Shown here in pieces: positions 7,101-15,182 of a stretch of DNA of 32,000 bases; the first letter of the stretch is position 1, and every line of letters starts with the position of its first letter. The translations under genes were made by a program, and so were the position numbers. The notes below the pieces were generated by a model that searched no databases, was not told the origin of the DNA, and was given only the letters and a program-made list of their open reading frames with translations. The stretch comes from Telmatocola sphagniphila (GTDB lineage Bacteria; Planctomycetota; Planctomycetia; Gemmatales; Gemmataceae), in the NCBI RefSeq assembly GCF_018398935.1, contig NZ_CP074694.1, positions 5,970,001-6,002,000 on the forward strand. The letters are read 5' to 3'.

Positions 7101-8698
7101 ATGGCATCGGCCAGTTCGCGGAAGCGCTTCTCGCTTTTGCGTAAAGCGTCCTCGGCCAGTTTGCGTTCCGTTATATCCTGATCGACGCCTTCGATGCGGA
7201 TGAGTTTGCCATCCTTATCTCGGATGGCTCGCGCATGGTACTGAACCCAGAGTTGGTTGCCGTCGGGATGCACCAGCCGGACATCTTCGACGATTTCGTC
7301 GAGACCTTCGTGAAGCTTTTGCAGGGATTGTCGCATTCTCGTCCGGTCTTCCGGATGCACTGAATCGAGAAGCGTTTCCATCGTGCATTTCGACAGATCA
7401 TCCAGACCGTACAGCTCGAACATGACATCGGAAAATTCGGTGATCTCGTCTTTCAGCGGATCGTAGTGCCAGGAGCCGATGCGGGCCATCTCCTGGGCTT
7501 CCGACAACCGGGCTTCGCTTTGAATCAGCGCGGCCTCGGTTTTTTTGCGCTGCGTGATGTCCTCGACGACGGTGATGAAGTAAAGCGGTTCTCCTTCCTC
7601 CGATCGCCGGAGAGAAACAGTCGTGTTGACCCAGGTGCACGAGCCGTTTTTGCGAACGTACCTTTTTTCGAGTTGATAATTGGCAATCTCCCCCGCGAGC
7701 AGCTGTCGGCCGCGAGACAGATCCACGGGAAGATCTTCCGGGTGGGTAATCTCCTGAAAGTTCTTCTGCAGCAGCTCCTCACGGGAATAATCGGTGATTT
7801 CGCAGAAACGCTGATTCACCCGCAGCCATCGACCTTCGGGAGAGACATGGGTGATGCCCACGGCGGCCTGTTCGAATGTTACCCGGAATTGCTCGGCGGT
7901 TTCGCGAAGAGCGATTTCCACTGCTTTCCGCCGATTGATATCTTCAATCACGGATATCATGTAGAGCGGTTCGCCCGATTCGGAACGCTGCAAGGAGCCC
8001 GTCCGGTTCACCCAGATGTGGGTGCCGTCCTTACGGATATAGCGTTTTTCAATTTGCGCCGATTTGACTTTTCCTTCCCGGATCGCGCAAACCTGCTTCA
8101 TATCCTCTTCGAGATCGTCCGGGTGAGTGATGTCCCGAAAATTAAATTGCATCATTTCTTCGCGGGAATAACCGGTGATTTCCAAAAGCCGGTCGTTCAC
8201 TTTGATCCAGTTCCCCGACAGCGAGACGTGCGCCAAGCCCACAGCGGCCTGCTCGAAAGTGCTGCGAAAAAGGAGCTCCGCCTGACGAAGTGCGGCCGAA
8301 GCCCGTTCCGCCTCTTTTTTGAGGGCGTGCGTGGCCAGGGCGTGCTTGACGGAAGGAACCAGCCGGCCCAGACGGTCTTTCAGCAGATAGTCGAAAGCCC
8401 CTTTTTTGATGATCGAGACGGCGGCTTCTTCCCCGATGGAGCCGGATACCAGAATGAATGGAATGTCCCGATTCACTTCCTGAAGAACTTCGAGAGCCCG
8501 ATAACTGTCGAATTGAGGCAGATTCCAGTCGCACAGAACCACGTCCGGACCTTTGGCCAATTCGTCGCGAAACTCCACTTCGGTCTGCACCACCGAGCTT
8601 TCAAAATTCAATCCGCCGCGGCGCAGTTCGTAATTGATCAGCTTGGCGTCCTGCGCGTTATCTTCCACCAATAAAATTTTGAGTGGGGATTCAAGCAT
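4130..8698 (-). CDS. Hybrid sensor histidine kinase: REC, 8 PAS domains, HisKA, HATPase_c, REC (no TM segment)
   Basis: 1522 aa. The N-terminal receiver is KILLVEDNAQDAKL...VVLCDWNLP. Eight PAS-like units each end in D-I-T/S-x-R-K. The H-box is AGGIAHDFNNLL, the N-box is LMNLAVNARDAMP, G1 is DTGVGM and G2 is GKGTGLGLAMV. The C-terminal receiver is ILLAEDEEAVRR...LLLTDVVMPELGG. Its ATG (8698-8696) overlaps the upstream response-regulator stop by 8 nt. Confidence 0.95.
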   Translation of the reverse strand: MLESPLKILLVEDNAQDAKLINYELRRGGLNFESSVVQTEVEFRDELAKGPDVVLCDWNLPQFDSYRALEVLQEVNRDIPFILVSGSIGEEAAVSIIKKGAFDYLLKDRLGRLVPSVKHALATHALKKEAERASAALRQAELLFRSTFEQAAVGLAHVSLSGNWIKVNDRLLEITGYSREEMMQFNFRDITHPDDLEEDMKQVCAIREGKVKSAQIEKRYIRKDGTHIWVNRTGSLQRSESGEPLYMISVIEDINRRKAVEIALRETAEQFRVTFEQAAVGITHVSPEGRWLRVNQRFCEITDYSREELLQKNFQEITHPEDLPVDLSRGRQLLAGEIANYQLEKRYVRKNGSCTWVNTTVSLRRSEEGEPLYFITVVEDITQRKKTEAALIQSEARLSEAQEMARIGSWHYDPLKDEITEFSDVMFELYGLDDLSKCTMETLLDSVHPEDRTRMRQSLQKLHEGLDEIVEDVRLVHPDGNQLWVQYHARAIRDKDGKLIRIEGVDQDITERKLAEDALRKSEKRFRELADAIPQIVWEARSDGAVNSFNKRAEEYFGLKSSELLGWAWTNLVHPDDRSRTLELWQQTIHSVTPQDLEFRLLRKDKLYRWHIARQVPIHDNYGQIEGWYGTCTDIEDLKQALNELREERDRFLKIARSVPGALVSFRISQEGKASLPYVSPGFENIFGLSHDQVKDNADPFFAIFHPNDLEWIPESLTKSSRTLTPWFGQFRANNPKRGEIWVESRSMPTLQEDGSTLWHGVVTDITERKQAEVEQQKLISLIQHSKEFISIADLNGKITFINAGGRRMVGLGEHDDISNLHFSDYLDPPWREFMRQTVIPTALENGLWEGEMQMKNLHTGASIDVFRSIFLIRDATGRPGWYANVTVNITDRKRSERLIRDSEEKYRRLVDVLPDALFTHSNGKINFCNPAFVKLMGAQNEDQLLGVDPLSIVHTEHRDLISHRISLMRNTGESLNGIEIRIVRRDGRSVLVHSVGSPLPDPVNDSYVVALTDLSERERTLDLLHSVQMSVSDAIITIDAWGTIHTVNASFTRLFGYGQQEVIGKHLREFIPEALEAEIFTLDGRPPRTEKSLGVNRELQAHRKDGLQFPVEITLTHFQLDGELHFTCVIRDISSRKRLEEQFQQAQKMEAVGRLAGGIAHDFNNLLTVINGFSEILLEEYPGSSMGREPLAAIRDAGERAAGLTAQLLAFSRKAIIEPKILDLNQVVDSVSRLLRRLIGEDIRLESHLDSKTSLVKIDPGQLEQVLMNLAVNARDAMPEGGRLTIETAHLEIEDSAFNLAMECPPGSYVQLSVSDTGVGMSDEVKKRIFEPFFTTKGLGKGTGLGLAMVYGIIHQAGGAIEVESKVGFGTQFKILFPRISKTDSQENSVDNHGVPRGQETILLAEDEEAVRRLTTTALSMLGYKILQADSGRTAIEMAESYPGTIDLLLTDVVMPELGGRMLADAVRKLRPNVRVLYMSGYMDDAVVRQGIETSKDAFIQKPLTQSTLAKKVRLVLDAES

Positions 8699-9149
8699 CC
8701 GAAATAATCTCCGCAGGGGGCATTTTGTTGACGATTAACCAGTAGAGTCCCAGTTGCCGTACCACCTCTGTGAACTGATCGAAATCGACCGGTTTTTGAA
8801 TGTAGCTATTCACACCGAGTTTGTAACTTTCGATTAAATCTTTGTCTTCTTTCGAAGAAGTCATCACCACCACGGGAATTATCTGAGTTCGGGGATCGGC
8901 TTTAATCTGTCGTAAAATTTCATGTCCGTCGACCAGAGGGAGTTTCAAATCGAGCAGGATGACCTTGGGTAAGTGAGTGGCTTCGCGCTGAGCGAAAATC
9001 CCTTTGCAGAAGATATAATCCAGCGCCTCCGCACCATCGCGAAGTACTTGAACGTTATTCGCCAAGTTAGATTTTTGAAAGGCGTACAGCGCAAGTTTCA
9101 CATCATTGGGATTGTCTTCGATCAGCAGGATTTCAATCGGCTGTGACAT
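8691..9149 (-). CDS. Single-domain response regulator (CheY-like receiver only)
   Basis: 152 aa with ILLIEDNPNDVKL, the acceptor Asp in VILLDLKLP, VVVMTSS and YIQKP. There is no output domain. It overlaps the upstream kinase by 17 nt and the downstream kinase by 8 nt, which suggests translational coupling. Confidence 0.93.
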   Translation of the reverse strand: MSQPIEILLIEDNPNDVKLALYAFQKSNLANNVQVLRDGAEALDYIFCKGIFAQREATHLPKVILLDLKLPLVDGHEILRQIKADPRTQIIPVVVMTSSKEDKDLIESYKLGVNSYIQKPVDFDQFTEVVRQLGLYWLIVNKMPPAEIISDA

Positions 9150-12100
9150 GAGAGCGGGCCCCTTCTAATGGGAGAGAGAAATAGAAAGTCGCACCATCAT
9201 TAATAGTCGCCTCGGCCCAAACCCTGCCACTATGGCGGTTTATGATGCGCTGTACTATGGCTAGACCTACACCCGTGCCTTCGTAGTCCTCCTGACGATG
9301 CAATCGCTGAAATACGCCAAAAAGTTTGTGAGCGTATCTCATGTCAAAACCTACACCATTATCTTTAATAAAGTAGACATTTTCCATTTCATTCTCAATC
9401 TCCCCCACTGTAATTTCCGGCGAGGCTTTTTTGCCGGTGAATTTCAGGGCATTAGCAAGCAAATTCAACAAGACTTGTTTAAGCAGCGAGCGATCCGCAT
9501 AAAACTCGGTTAAGGGTTCAATTTTGAAATTAATCTGTTGATCCGGCCTATTTTTAATTAATTCCTCAAAGCACTCGCGAACAAATTCGTGCGCCGGCAG
9601 CAATTGCTTTCTGATCGAATGGCGGTTCAAGCGGGAGAAGGCGAGCAGGTCGTCGATCAAGCGGCCCATCTGTTGAGTATTGGCTCGGATGTCCTGGATG
9701 AATTCGCGAGCGGGATCCGGCAGTTGAGCCAAATAGTCTTCCTGAAGAATCCGGGAGTAGCCATCGATGGCTCGGAGCGGAGCGCGAAGATCGTGGGAGA
9801 CAGAGTAGGAGAAGGATTCCAATTCTTTATTGGTCGCTTCAACTTCGGCCGCTTTTCGGACGAGATTCGCATTCAGCCTTCGAATATCCTCCTCCTTTTG
9901 CTTCATCTCCGTGATGTCCCAATTGGTCCCGATCATTCGTTCCGCCCGCCCGGAGCTCTCTCTGTAAATCTTGCCGTGCGCGCGGATGTGATGCACCGAG
10001 TGGTCGGGCCAGAGAACGCGAAATTCGGTATTAAAATCTTTCTCGCCGCGGATGGCTTCCTGAATCTCCCGATTTCCGCGGTCCCTATCCTGGGGATGGA
10101 CGCCGTTCAACCAGGCGCGATAGGCTCCCTGGAACTGCTCCTTGGCGATTCCGTAGAGGGCATACATGGACTCATCCCAATCCAATCGGTCCTCGAGCAG
10201 GTTCCAGTCCCAGATACCCACTTTTCCTGCATGGGTCGCCAGGAGTAACCGTTCGGAGATGCGTTGAACTTCCGCTTCCGCTCGACGAACGACCGTGACA
10301 TCCTGAGCGGTGCCGCGCAGCCGGATAATCTTTCCGGTCGCATCTCTTTGGGCTTCGCCTTTGGCAACCAGAACCCCTGGGGAACCGTCGGGTCGGAGGA
10401 ATTCCAGATCGAGTTCGTAACCCACCCCCTCAGTAAAAGCCGTGTTTACCGCCTCCGTGATTCTCTTCCAGCTGGCGGGGGAGAAGTATTTTTCCTGCTC
10501 CTCGAAGGAGGGGGGGGCTTTCTGAGAGTCCAAACCGAAGATCCGGTAGAGTTCCGGAGTCCACTGGATCAGATTCTCCGACTGTAACCAACTCCAACTA
10601 CCCAGGTGGGCCAGCCGCTGAGCTTCATCCAGTTCCTGGGTTCGTTCCCTAACTCGTAGCTCGAGATTGGCGTTGAGTTCGCGAATCTCTGCTTCCGCCA
10701 TTTTTCGCTCGTGGATATCGGTGATGGAGCCTGCCATATAGGCCGGACCTTCACCCGGTTGGCGATCCGACTTGCCGCGGGAACGGAACCAGCGGTATTC
10801 GCCCGAGCGGTGCCGCAGCCGAATTTCGATGTCGTACTCGGCTCCAGTCTCCTGATGGGCCCGGACGGCCGCAAACATTTTTTCGACATCGTCGGGATGC
10901 AACCGTTCCAGAAAAGTATCGAAATGATGGGGTAGTTCTTCGCCGGCATGGCCCAGCAACTCGCACCAGCGCGGCGACATATAAACGTTTGGCGTACCCA
11001 ACTCCCAGTCCCAGATGCCATCGTTTACCCCTCGGATGACGCGCGCATGACGGGCCTCGCTGGCCCGCAGTGAGTCTTCGGCCCGTTTACGGTCGTCGAT
11101 ATCCAGGACGAAGGCGGCCAGGCCGTCCCCCGTGGGAAACAGTCGAATGTCCACCCATCGTTCGGCAATAGGTGAAAAGGTGATGAAGTTTACGTTAATC
11201 TGTTCGGTCATCGCTTTGCGATAGGCTTGCTCCATCCAGGTGCCCACAAGCTTCGCAAAAACTTCCCAGAATCTATTTCCCAGCATCTGTTCGCGATTAA
11301 ATTTAAAAAGGTTTTCGCACGCATCATTGACGAAAGTGAAGCGATATTCTCGATCGAGGGTGAAGCAGGCCTCGGACATGCCTTTGACAAGTTCCGCCAG
11401 TCGGCGATCCGAAGAATTTAATTGTAATTCCCAGTCTTGCAACTGAGCTTCAAAGCGCTTGCGATCGGTGAGATCGCGGAAAAACGCCACAAATCGCCCC
11501 CCCGATTCGGGCCAGTAGCGAACCGTAACCTCGACGGGCCAGATTTTTCCCTCTTTAGTTCGATGAAAGGTGTTGAAGCGATCGTACCCCTGTTTTCGAA
11601 TGTTCTCAATATGCTGAGCCATCTCGTCGGAGTTCTCTTTAGCTTCGAGCTGACTGGGGGGCATCGCCAGGAGTTCTTCCCGGCTATAACCGGAAAGGCG
11701 AACATAGGCATCGTTGACATCTAAAAAGCGACTCTGGTTGTCGATCAGCCAGAAGCCGTCTGGTGAAGTCTCGACTAAAGATCGATAGAAGGATTTAAAC
11801 TCGAATGGAGTCTCCGAGCTTTTAGGAATTGATGGCGAAAGTTCTGAGTCGTCGCCCACTTTGGCCGCTTCGCGAGTTCGGAACTGCAGGGAAATGACGT
11901 CGGAAGTTAATTGGCGGAGGCTCACGAAGATCTGCTTCGTGGTATTCGTGCGGCGCTGATAGGAGAATTCGGCTTCCTGGCGGTCTTTCGAATTGCGGAA
12001 TTCTTCGAAGATGGCCGTCATTCCTGGCAACTGCGTAGGGAGCGGTTGTCCGACGGCCTGACTTTCGGAAATGCCAAAGAGTTGCTGGGCCGCGCGGTTC

Positions 12101-12219
12101 CAACTCAAGATCGAGCCGGAATCGGAAACCAAAACCACACCCAGATCGGTGAGGGAAGCGACCAGTTGGCTGAATAAATCCGGAGAAACAGAGTCCCTAA
12201 TTGAGGTGGACTTCGGCAT
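9133..12219 (-). CDS. Cytoplasmic multi-PAS sensor histidine kinase (6 PAS, HisKA, HATPase_c)
   Basis: 1028 aa with no TM segment and six PAS-like units. The H-box is FSYSVSHDLRAPLRAIDGYSRIL, the N-box is LLNLLANALKFT, G1 is DNGVGFD and G2 is GTGVGLAIV. Confidence 0.95.
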   Translation of the reverse strand: MPKSTSIRDSVSPDLFSQLVASLTDLGVVLVSDSGSILSWNRAAQQLFGISESQAVGQPLPTQLPGMTAIFEEFRNSKDRQEAEFSYQRRTNTTKQIFVSLRQLTSDVISLQFRTREAAKVGDDSELSPSIPKSSETPFEFKSFYRSLVETSPDGFWLIDNQSRFLDVNDAYVRLSGYSREELLAMPPSQLEAKENSDEMAQHIENIRKQGYDRFNTFHRTKEGKIWPVEVTVRYWPESGGRFVAFFRDLTDRKRFEAQLQDWELQLNSSDRRLAELVKGMSEACFTLDREYRFTFVNDACENLFKFNREQMLGNRFWEVFAKLVGTWMEQAYRKAMTEQINVNFITFSPIAERWVDIRLFPTGDGLAAFVLDIDDRKRAEDSLRASEARHARVIRGVNDGIWDWELGTPNVYMSPRWCELLGHAGEELPHHFDTFLERLHPDDVEKMFAAVRAHQETGAEYDIEIRLRHRSGEYRWFRSRGKSDRQPGEGPAYMAGSITDIHERKMAEAEIRELNANLELRVRERTQELDEAQRLAHLGSWSWLQSENLIQWTPELYRIFGLDSQKAPPSFEEQEKYFSPASWKRITEAVNTAFTEGVGYELDLEFLRPDGSPGVLVAKGEAQRDATGKIIRLRGTAQDVTVVRRAEAEVQRISERLLLATHAGKVGIWDWNLLEDRLDWDESMYALYGIAKEQFQGAYRAWLNGVHPQDRDRGNREIQEAIRGEKDFNTEFRVLWPDHSVHHIRAHGKIYRESSGRAERMIGTNWDITEMKQKEEDIRRLNANLVRKAAEVEATNKELESFSYSVSHDLRAPLRAIDGYSRILQEDYLAQLPDPAREFIQDIRANTQQMGRLIDDLLAFSRLNRHSIRKQLLPAHEFVRECFEELIKNRPDQQINFKIEPLTEFYADRSLLKQVLLNLLANALKFTGKKASPEITVGEIENEMENVYFIKDNGVGFDMRYAHKLFGVFQRLHRQEDYEGTGVGLAIVQRIINRHSGRVWAEATINDGATFYFSLPLEGARSHVTAD

Positions 12220-12536
12220 AAATCGCAGGCTCGCGAATAGAGTTTTTGCGATCCAGGGAGAGATTGCTTATAGTTTATATAGTTCAAATAATCGAATTCG
12301 TCGAAATCCTTTTACGGCAATAATTTACGGAAACAAACCAGTCCAAATTCAGTGCTATTTATTAATGGATGATTTACCAGAGTTTATGCAACGAGTGGCC
12401 GAAAATATCAAATTAATATTTTGCTTAAAAAACCGAGAGCTAATTCGGCACTATACTTGCAATTCAGGGTCGAAAGCAGCCCTGCGATCCTGTTCGCCAA
12501 ACGGCCCCCGAACCTTCGCATGGGATATCGAGCATA
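12220..12536. promoter_or_regulatory. AT-rich divergent intergenic control region between the two kinase transcription units
   Basis: A 317-bp gap between the ATG at 12219 (-) and the ATG at 12537 (+). It is visibly AT-rich compared with its flanks. It contains TATAGTT twice (12269-12275, 12278-12284), TTTACGG twice (12311-12317, 12324-12330) and the palindrome CGAATTCG. No promoter has been mapped, so the function is inferred from position only. Confidence 0.4.
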
Positions 12537-15182
12537 ATGCGACCTCCGCGAGTCCTCTTGTTTCTGCTCCTGTTAATAATTGCGATTTTGCTCCTGGGAG
12601 TAGGACAATCCCTGCTTCCTCTCAAGCAACCGGACTTTCTCGCGTTGCTTCTTTCGATGCTGGGGGGCGCGGTTCTCACCTCGGCTTTTTTCATTTTCTT
12701 TCGAACTGGCAACTCACTTAGCGCTTCCGGAGTAACGGTGACCGATCTGCGAGCCGAGATTGGTCTGGAATTGAACCGAAATGCCTCGCTTCCGGAGATT
12801 CTCAAATCCTGTTCCGAAGCGATTTTGAAACATTGCTCGGCCTCATTCGTGCGCATCTGGACTTTGAATGAAGCGGAGCAGATGCTGGAATTGCAGAGCA
12901 GCGTCGGCCGCTACACTCATCTCGACGGGATGCATGCCCGAATTCCGGTGGGGAACTTTAAAATCGGTGAGATCGCCCGAGATCGGCAGTCTTTACTTAC
13001 CAACGAGCTGGCAAATAGCGAAAAAATCAGCGATCCGGAATGGGCTCGCCGCGAGGGCATGGTCGCATTTGCCGGTCATCCCTTGATCTATGGCGATTCG
13101 CTGGTGGGCGTGCTGGGACTGTTCGCTCAACGCGCACTTTCACCTTCGATTCTCAATGAATTAAAGGTGGCCGCCGATGCCCTGGCGCTGGGGATTTCCC
13201 GAAAGCGGGCCGAGAACCTCTTAAAGCAGGGAGAAGCTCGCATCCGGGCGATTATCGATGCCGCTCTGGATTGCATCATTACAGTCGACAAAAAGGGAAG
13301 AGTGATCGAATTCAACCCGGCCGCGGAAAAGACCTTCGGCTACAGTCGGGAAGAAATTCTGGGGAAGGATTTCAGCGAAATCATCATTCCCACGTCGCAT
13401 CGCCAACAGCATCAGGCGGGTATGAATCGCTTCCTGCTGACGGGAACATCGCACATCCTTCGTCAGCGTCTCTACGATGTTCTGCCGGCTATTCGTAAAA
13501 ACGGAGAAAGCTTCCCCACGGAATTGACTGTGGTGCCGCTCGAACTGGAGGGAGAGCCGATTTTCATTGGCTTTCTGCGCGACATCACCGATCAAAAAAT
13601 TGCCGCCTCAAAGCAGGCCGCCGCGGAAGCCGATCTGCAGAATGCCATCATTCAAGCGGAAAATGCCAACCAGACCAAGAACCTCTTCCTGGCCAATATG
13701 AGCCACGAATTTCGGACACCTATGGGGGCCATCGTCGGCTATGCGGAGATGCTGCTGTCGCCCAAATTGAATGCCACGGAACGGGTTCAGATTATTCGCG
13801 GCATAAGTCGAAACGGCCGGCACATGCTGTCGCTGATCAACGACATTCTGGATTTGACCAAGATCGAAGCGGGCAAGATGCGGCTGGAACTGATTCCGTG
13901 CCGGCTCTGGCGGATTATCGGCGAAGCTGTGTCAGTTGCGGAAGTGCAGGCGGAAGAGAAGAAGATTACACTCAACGTCTCGCAGACCGGCCAATTACCC
14001 CGGTCCATGACCTCCGACCCGACCCGGTTGCGGCAGATTCTGGATAATCTGCTCTCCAATGCGGTGAAGTTCACTCCGCAACGCGGTTCCATCAATCTCC
14101 GCATCGGTCTGGCCAGCGCTTCCGAAGACCGGACCCATCTGTGCATCGAAGTCGAGGATCAAGGTGTCGGTATGTCGAAAGAGGTGATCGATCGCCTTTT
14201 CGAACCCTTCGTACAAGCCGATGCCTCGACCACGCGTCGCTTCGGGGGTACCGGGCTGGGTCTGAGCATCTGCCAGCGTCTGGTGGTGGCGTTGCGCGGC
14301 CGGATTGAAGTCACCAGTCAGCCGAGCAAAGGATCGAAATTCACTGTCTTTCTGCCGGTCGATAAAGCCGATCTCGACGATCTGGTCGACGAGGAAACTG
14401 CGGCACGCGACACCCACCCGGCCGCGCTGCGGGCGACTGCCAAAGGAACCTCGCAGTTTCGGAGTCGTTTGCGGGTGCTGGTCGCCGAGGACAACCCCGA
14501 TAATCAGAACATTATCCGGTTCTTTCTGCAGCAGGCGGGTCTGAGCGTCGAACTCGCCGAGAATGGCGAAAAAGCTGTGAATGCCGCGTTCAATGGTCAG
14601 TTTGATTTCGTGCTGATGGATATGCAGATGCCGCATATGGATGGCTATGCCGCCGCCAGCCTGCTACGACAGAAAGGCTACAAAAAGCCGATTATCGCGC
14701 TGACGGCCCATGCCATGGCGGGCGATGAGGAAAAATGCAAAGCGGCCGGCTGCGATGGCTATCTCACCAAACCTCTCGACATCGAAAGGCTAGTCAAGCT
14801 CCTAGGACGATTGTCACGTAAGGAAGGGCAGAATAACGATGCGTTACCCAGCCCGTCGCGAATTGTAGTCCCGTCTCCCGAGCAAGTGAGCGAATCGGCT
14901 AAACTGGATTTGAAATCTCTCCGCGATACCTACATTGCCTCGCTGATGTTCAAGATCAAGGAATTTAAGAAGGGGTTGGAAGAAGAGGATCGCAAGCTGA
15001 TCGGCGATGCGGCTCACCGCCTTCGCGGCTCGGCCGCTATGTACGACTTGCAGGACGTTTCTGAAACCGCCGGGTTAATCGAAGACGCCAATCGCGAAGG
15101 AAGGGAATTCGATCTGCTCGGAGATCTGATTGCGGAGCTGGAGACGGTGTGCCAGCAGGCTTTGCGGGCGCCAGCACAATAA
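12537..15182 (+). CDS. Membrane-anchored hybrid sensor histidine kinase: 2 TM, GAF, PAS, HisKA, HATPase_c, REC, Hpt
   Basis: 881 aa. The TM helices are VLLFLLLLIIAILLLGV and LALLLSMLGGAVLTSAFFIFF. The GAF-like region ends in GHPLIYGDSLVGVLGLF. The PAS domain contains DCIITVDKKGRVIEFNPAAEKTFGYSREEILG. The H-box is MSHEFRTPM, followed by LLSNAVKFTP, DQGVGMS and GGTGLGLSICQ. The receiver is RVLVAEDNPDNQ...FVLMDMQMPHMDG. The C-terminal Hpt motif is AAHRLRGSAAMYDL. Confidence 0.95.
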   Translation: MRPPRVLLFLLLLIIAILLLGVGQSLLPLKQPDFLALLLSMLGGAVLTSAFFIFFRTGNSLSASGVTVTDLRAEIGLELNRNASLPEILKSCSEAILKHCSASFVRIWTLNEAEQMLELQSSVGRYTHLDGMHARIPVGNFKIGEIARDRQSLLTNELANSEKISDPEWARREGMVAFAGHPLIYGDSLVGVLGLFAQRALSPSILNELKVAADALALGISRKRAENLLKQGEARIRAIIDAALDCIITVDKKGRVIEFNPAAEKTFGYSREEILGKDFSEIIIPTSHRQQHQAGMNRFLLTGTSHILRQRLYDVLPAIRKNGESFPTELTVVPLELEGEPIFIGFLRDITDQKIAASKQAAAEADLQNAIIQAENANQTKNLFLANMSHEFRTPMGAIVGYAEMLLSPKLNATERVQIIRGISRNGRHMLSLINDILDLTKIEAGKMRLELIPCRLWRIIGEAVSVAEVQAEEKKITLNVSQTGQLPRSMTSDPTRLRQILDNLLSNAVKFTPQRGSINLRIGLASASEDRTHLCIEVEDQGVGMSKEVIDRLFEPFVQADASTTRRFGGTGLGLSICQRLVVALRGRIEVTSQPSKGSKFTVFLPVDKADLDDLVDEETAARDTHPAALRATAKGTSQFRSRLRVLVAEDNPDNQNIIRFFLQQAGLSVELAENGEKAVNAAFNGQFDFVLMDMQMPHMDGYAAASLLRQKGYKKPIIALTAHAMAGDEEKCKAAGCDGYLTKPLDIERLVKLLGRLSRKEGQNNDALPSPSRIVVPSPEQVSESAKLDLKSLRDTYIASLMFKIKEFKKGLEEEDRKLIGDAAHRLRGSAAMYDLQDVSETAGLIEDANREGREFDLLGDLIAELETVCQQALRAPAQ

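Noticed and set aside
7466-8674. Long antisense ORFs inside well-supported genes: 7466-8674 (+, 402 aa), 15889-17145 (+, 418 aa), 28176-29153 (-, 325 aa), 13995-14636 (-, 213 aa), 20921-21574 (-, 217 aa), 9589-10248 (+, 219 aa)
   Set aside because: Each lies entirely opposite a gene with clear domain motifs. Their translations are low-complexity, for example the F/L/R-rich mirror of the E/K-rich coiled coil. Open antisense frames are expected opposite GC-biased codons.
12071-12721. 216-aa plus-strand ORF bridging the divergent intergenic region
   Set aside because: It begins antisense within the 1028-aa kinase gene, crosses the AT-rich promoter region, and ends out of frame in the 881-aa kinase gene. 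It has no motifs.
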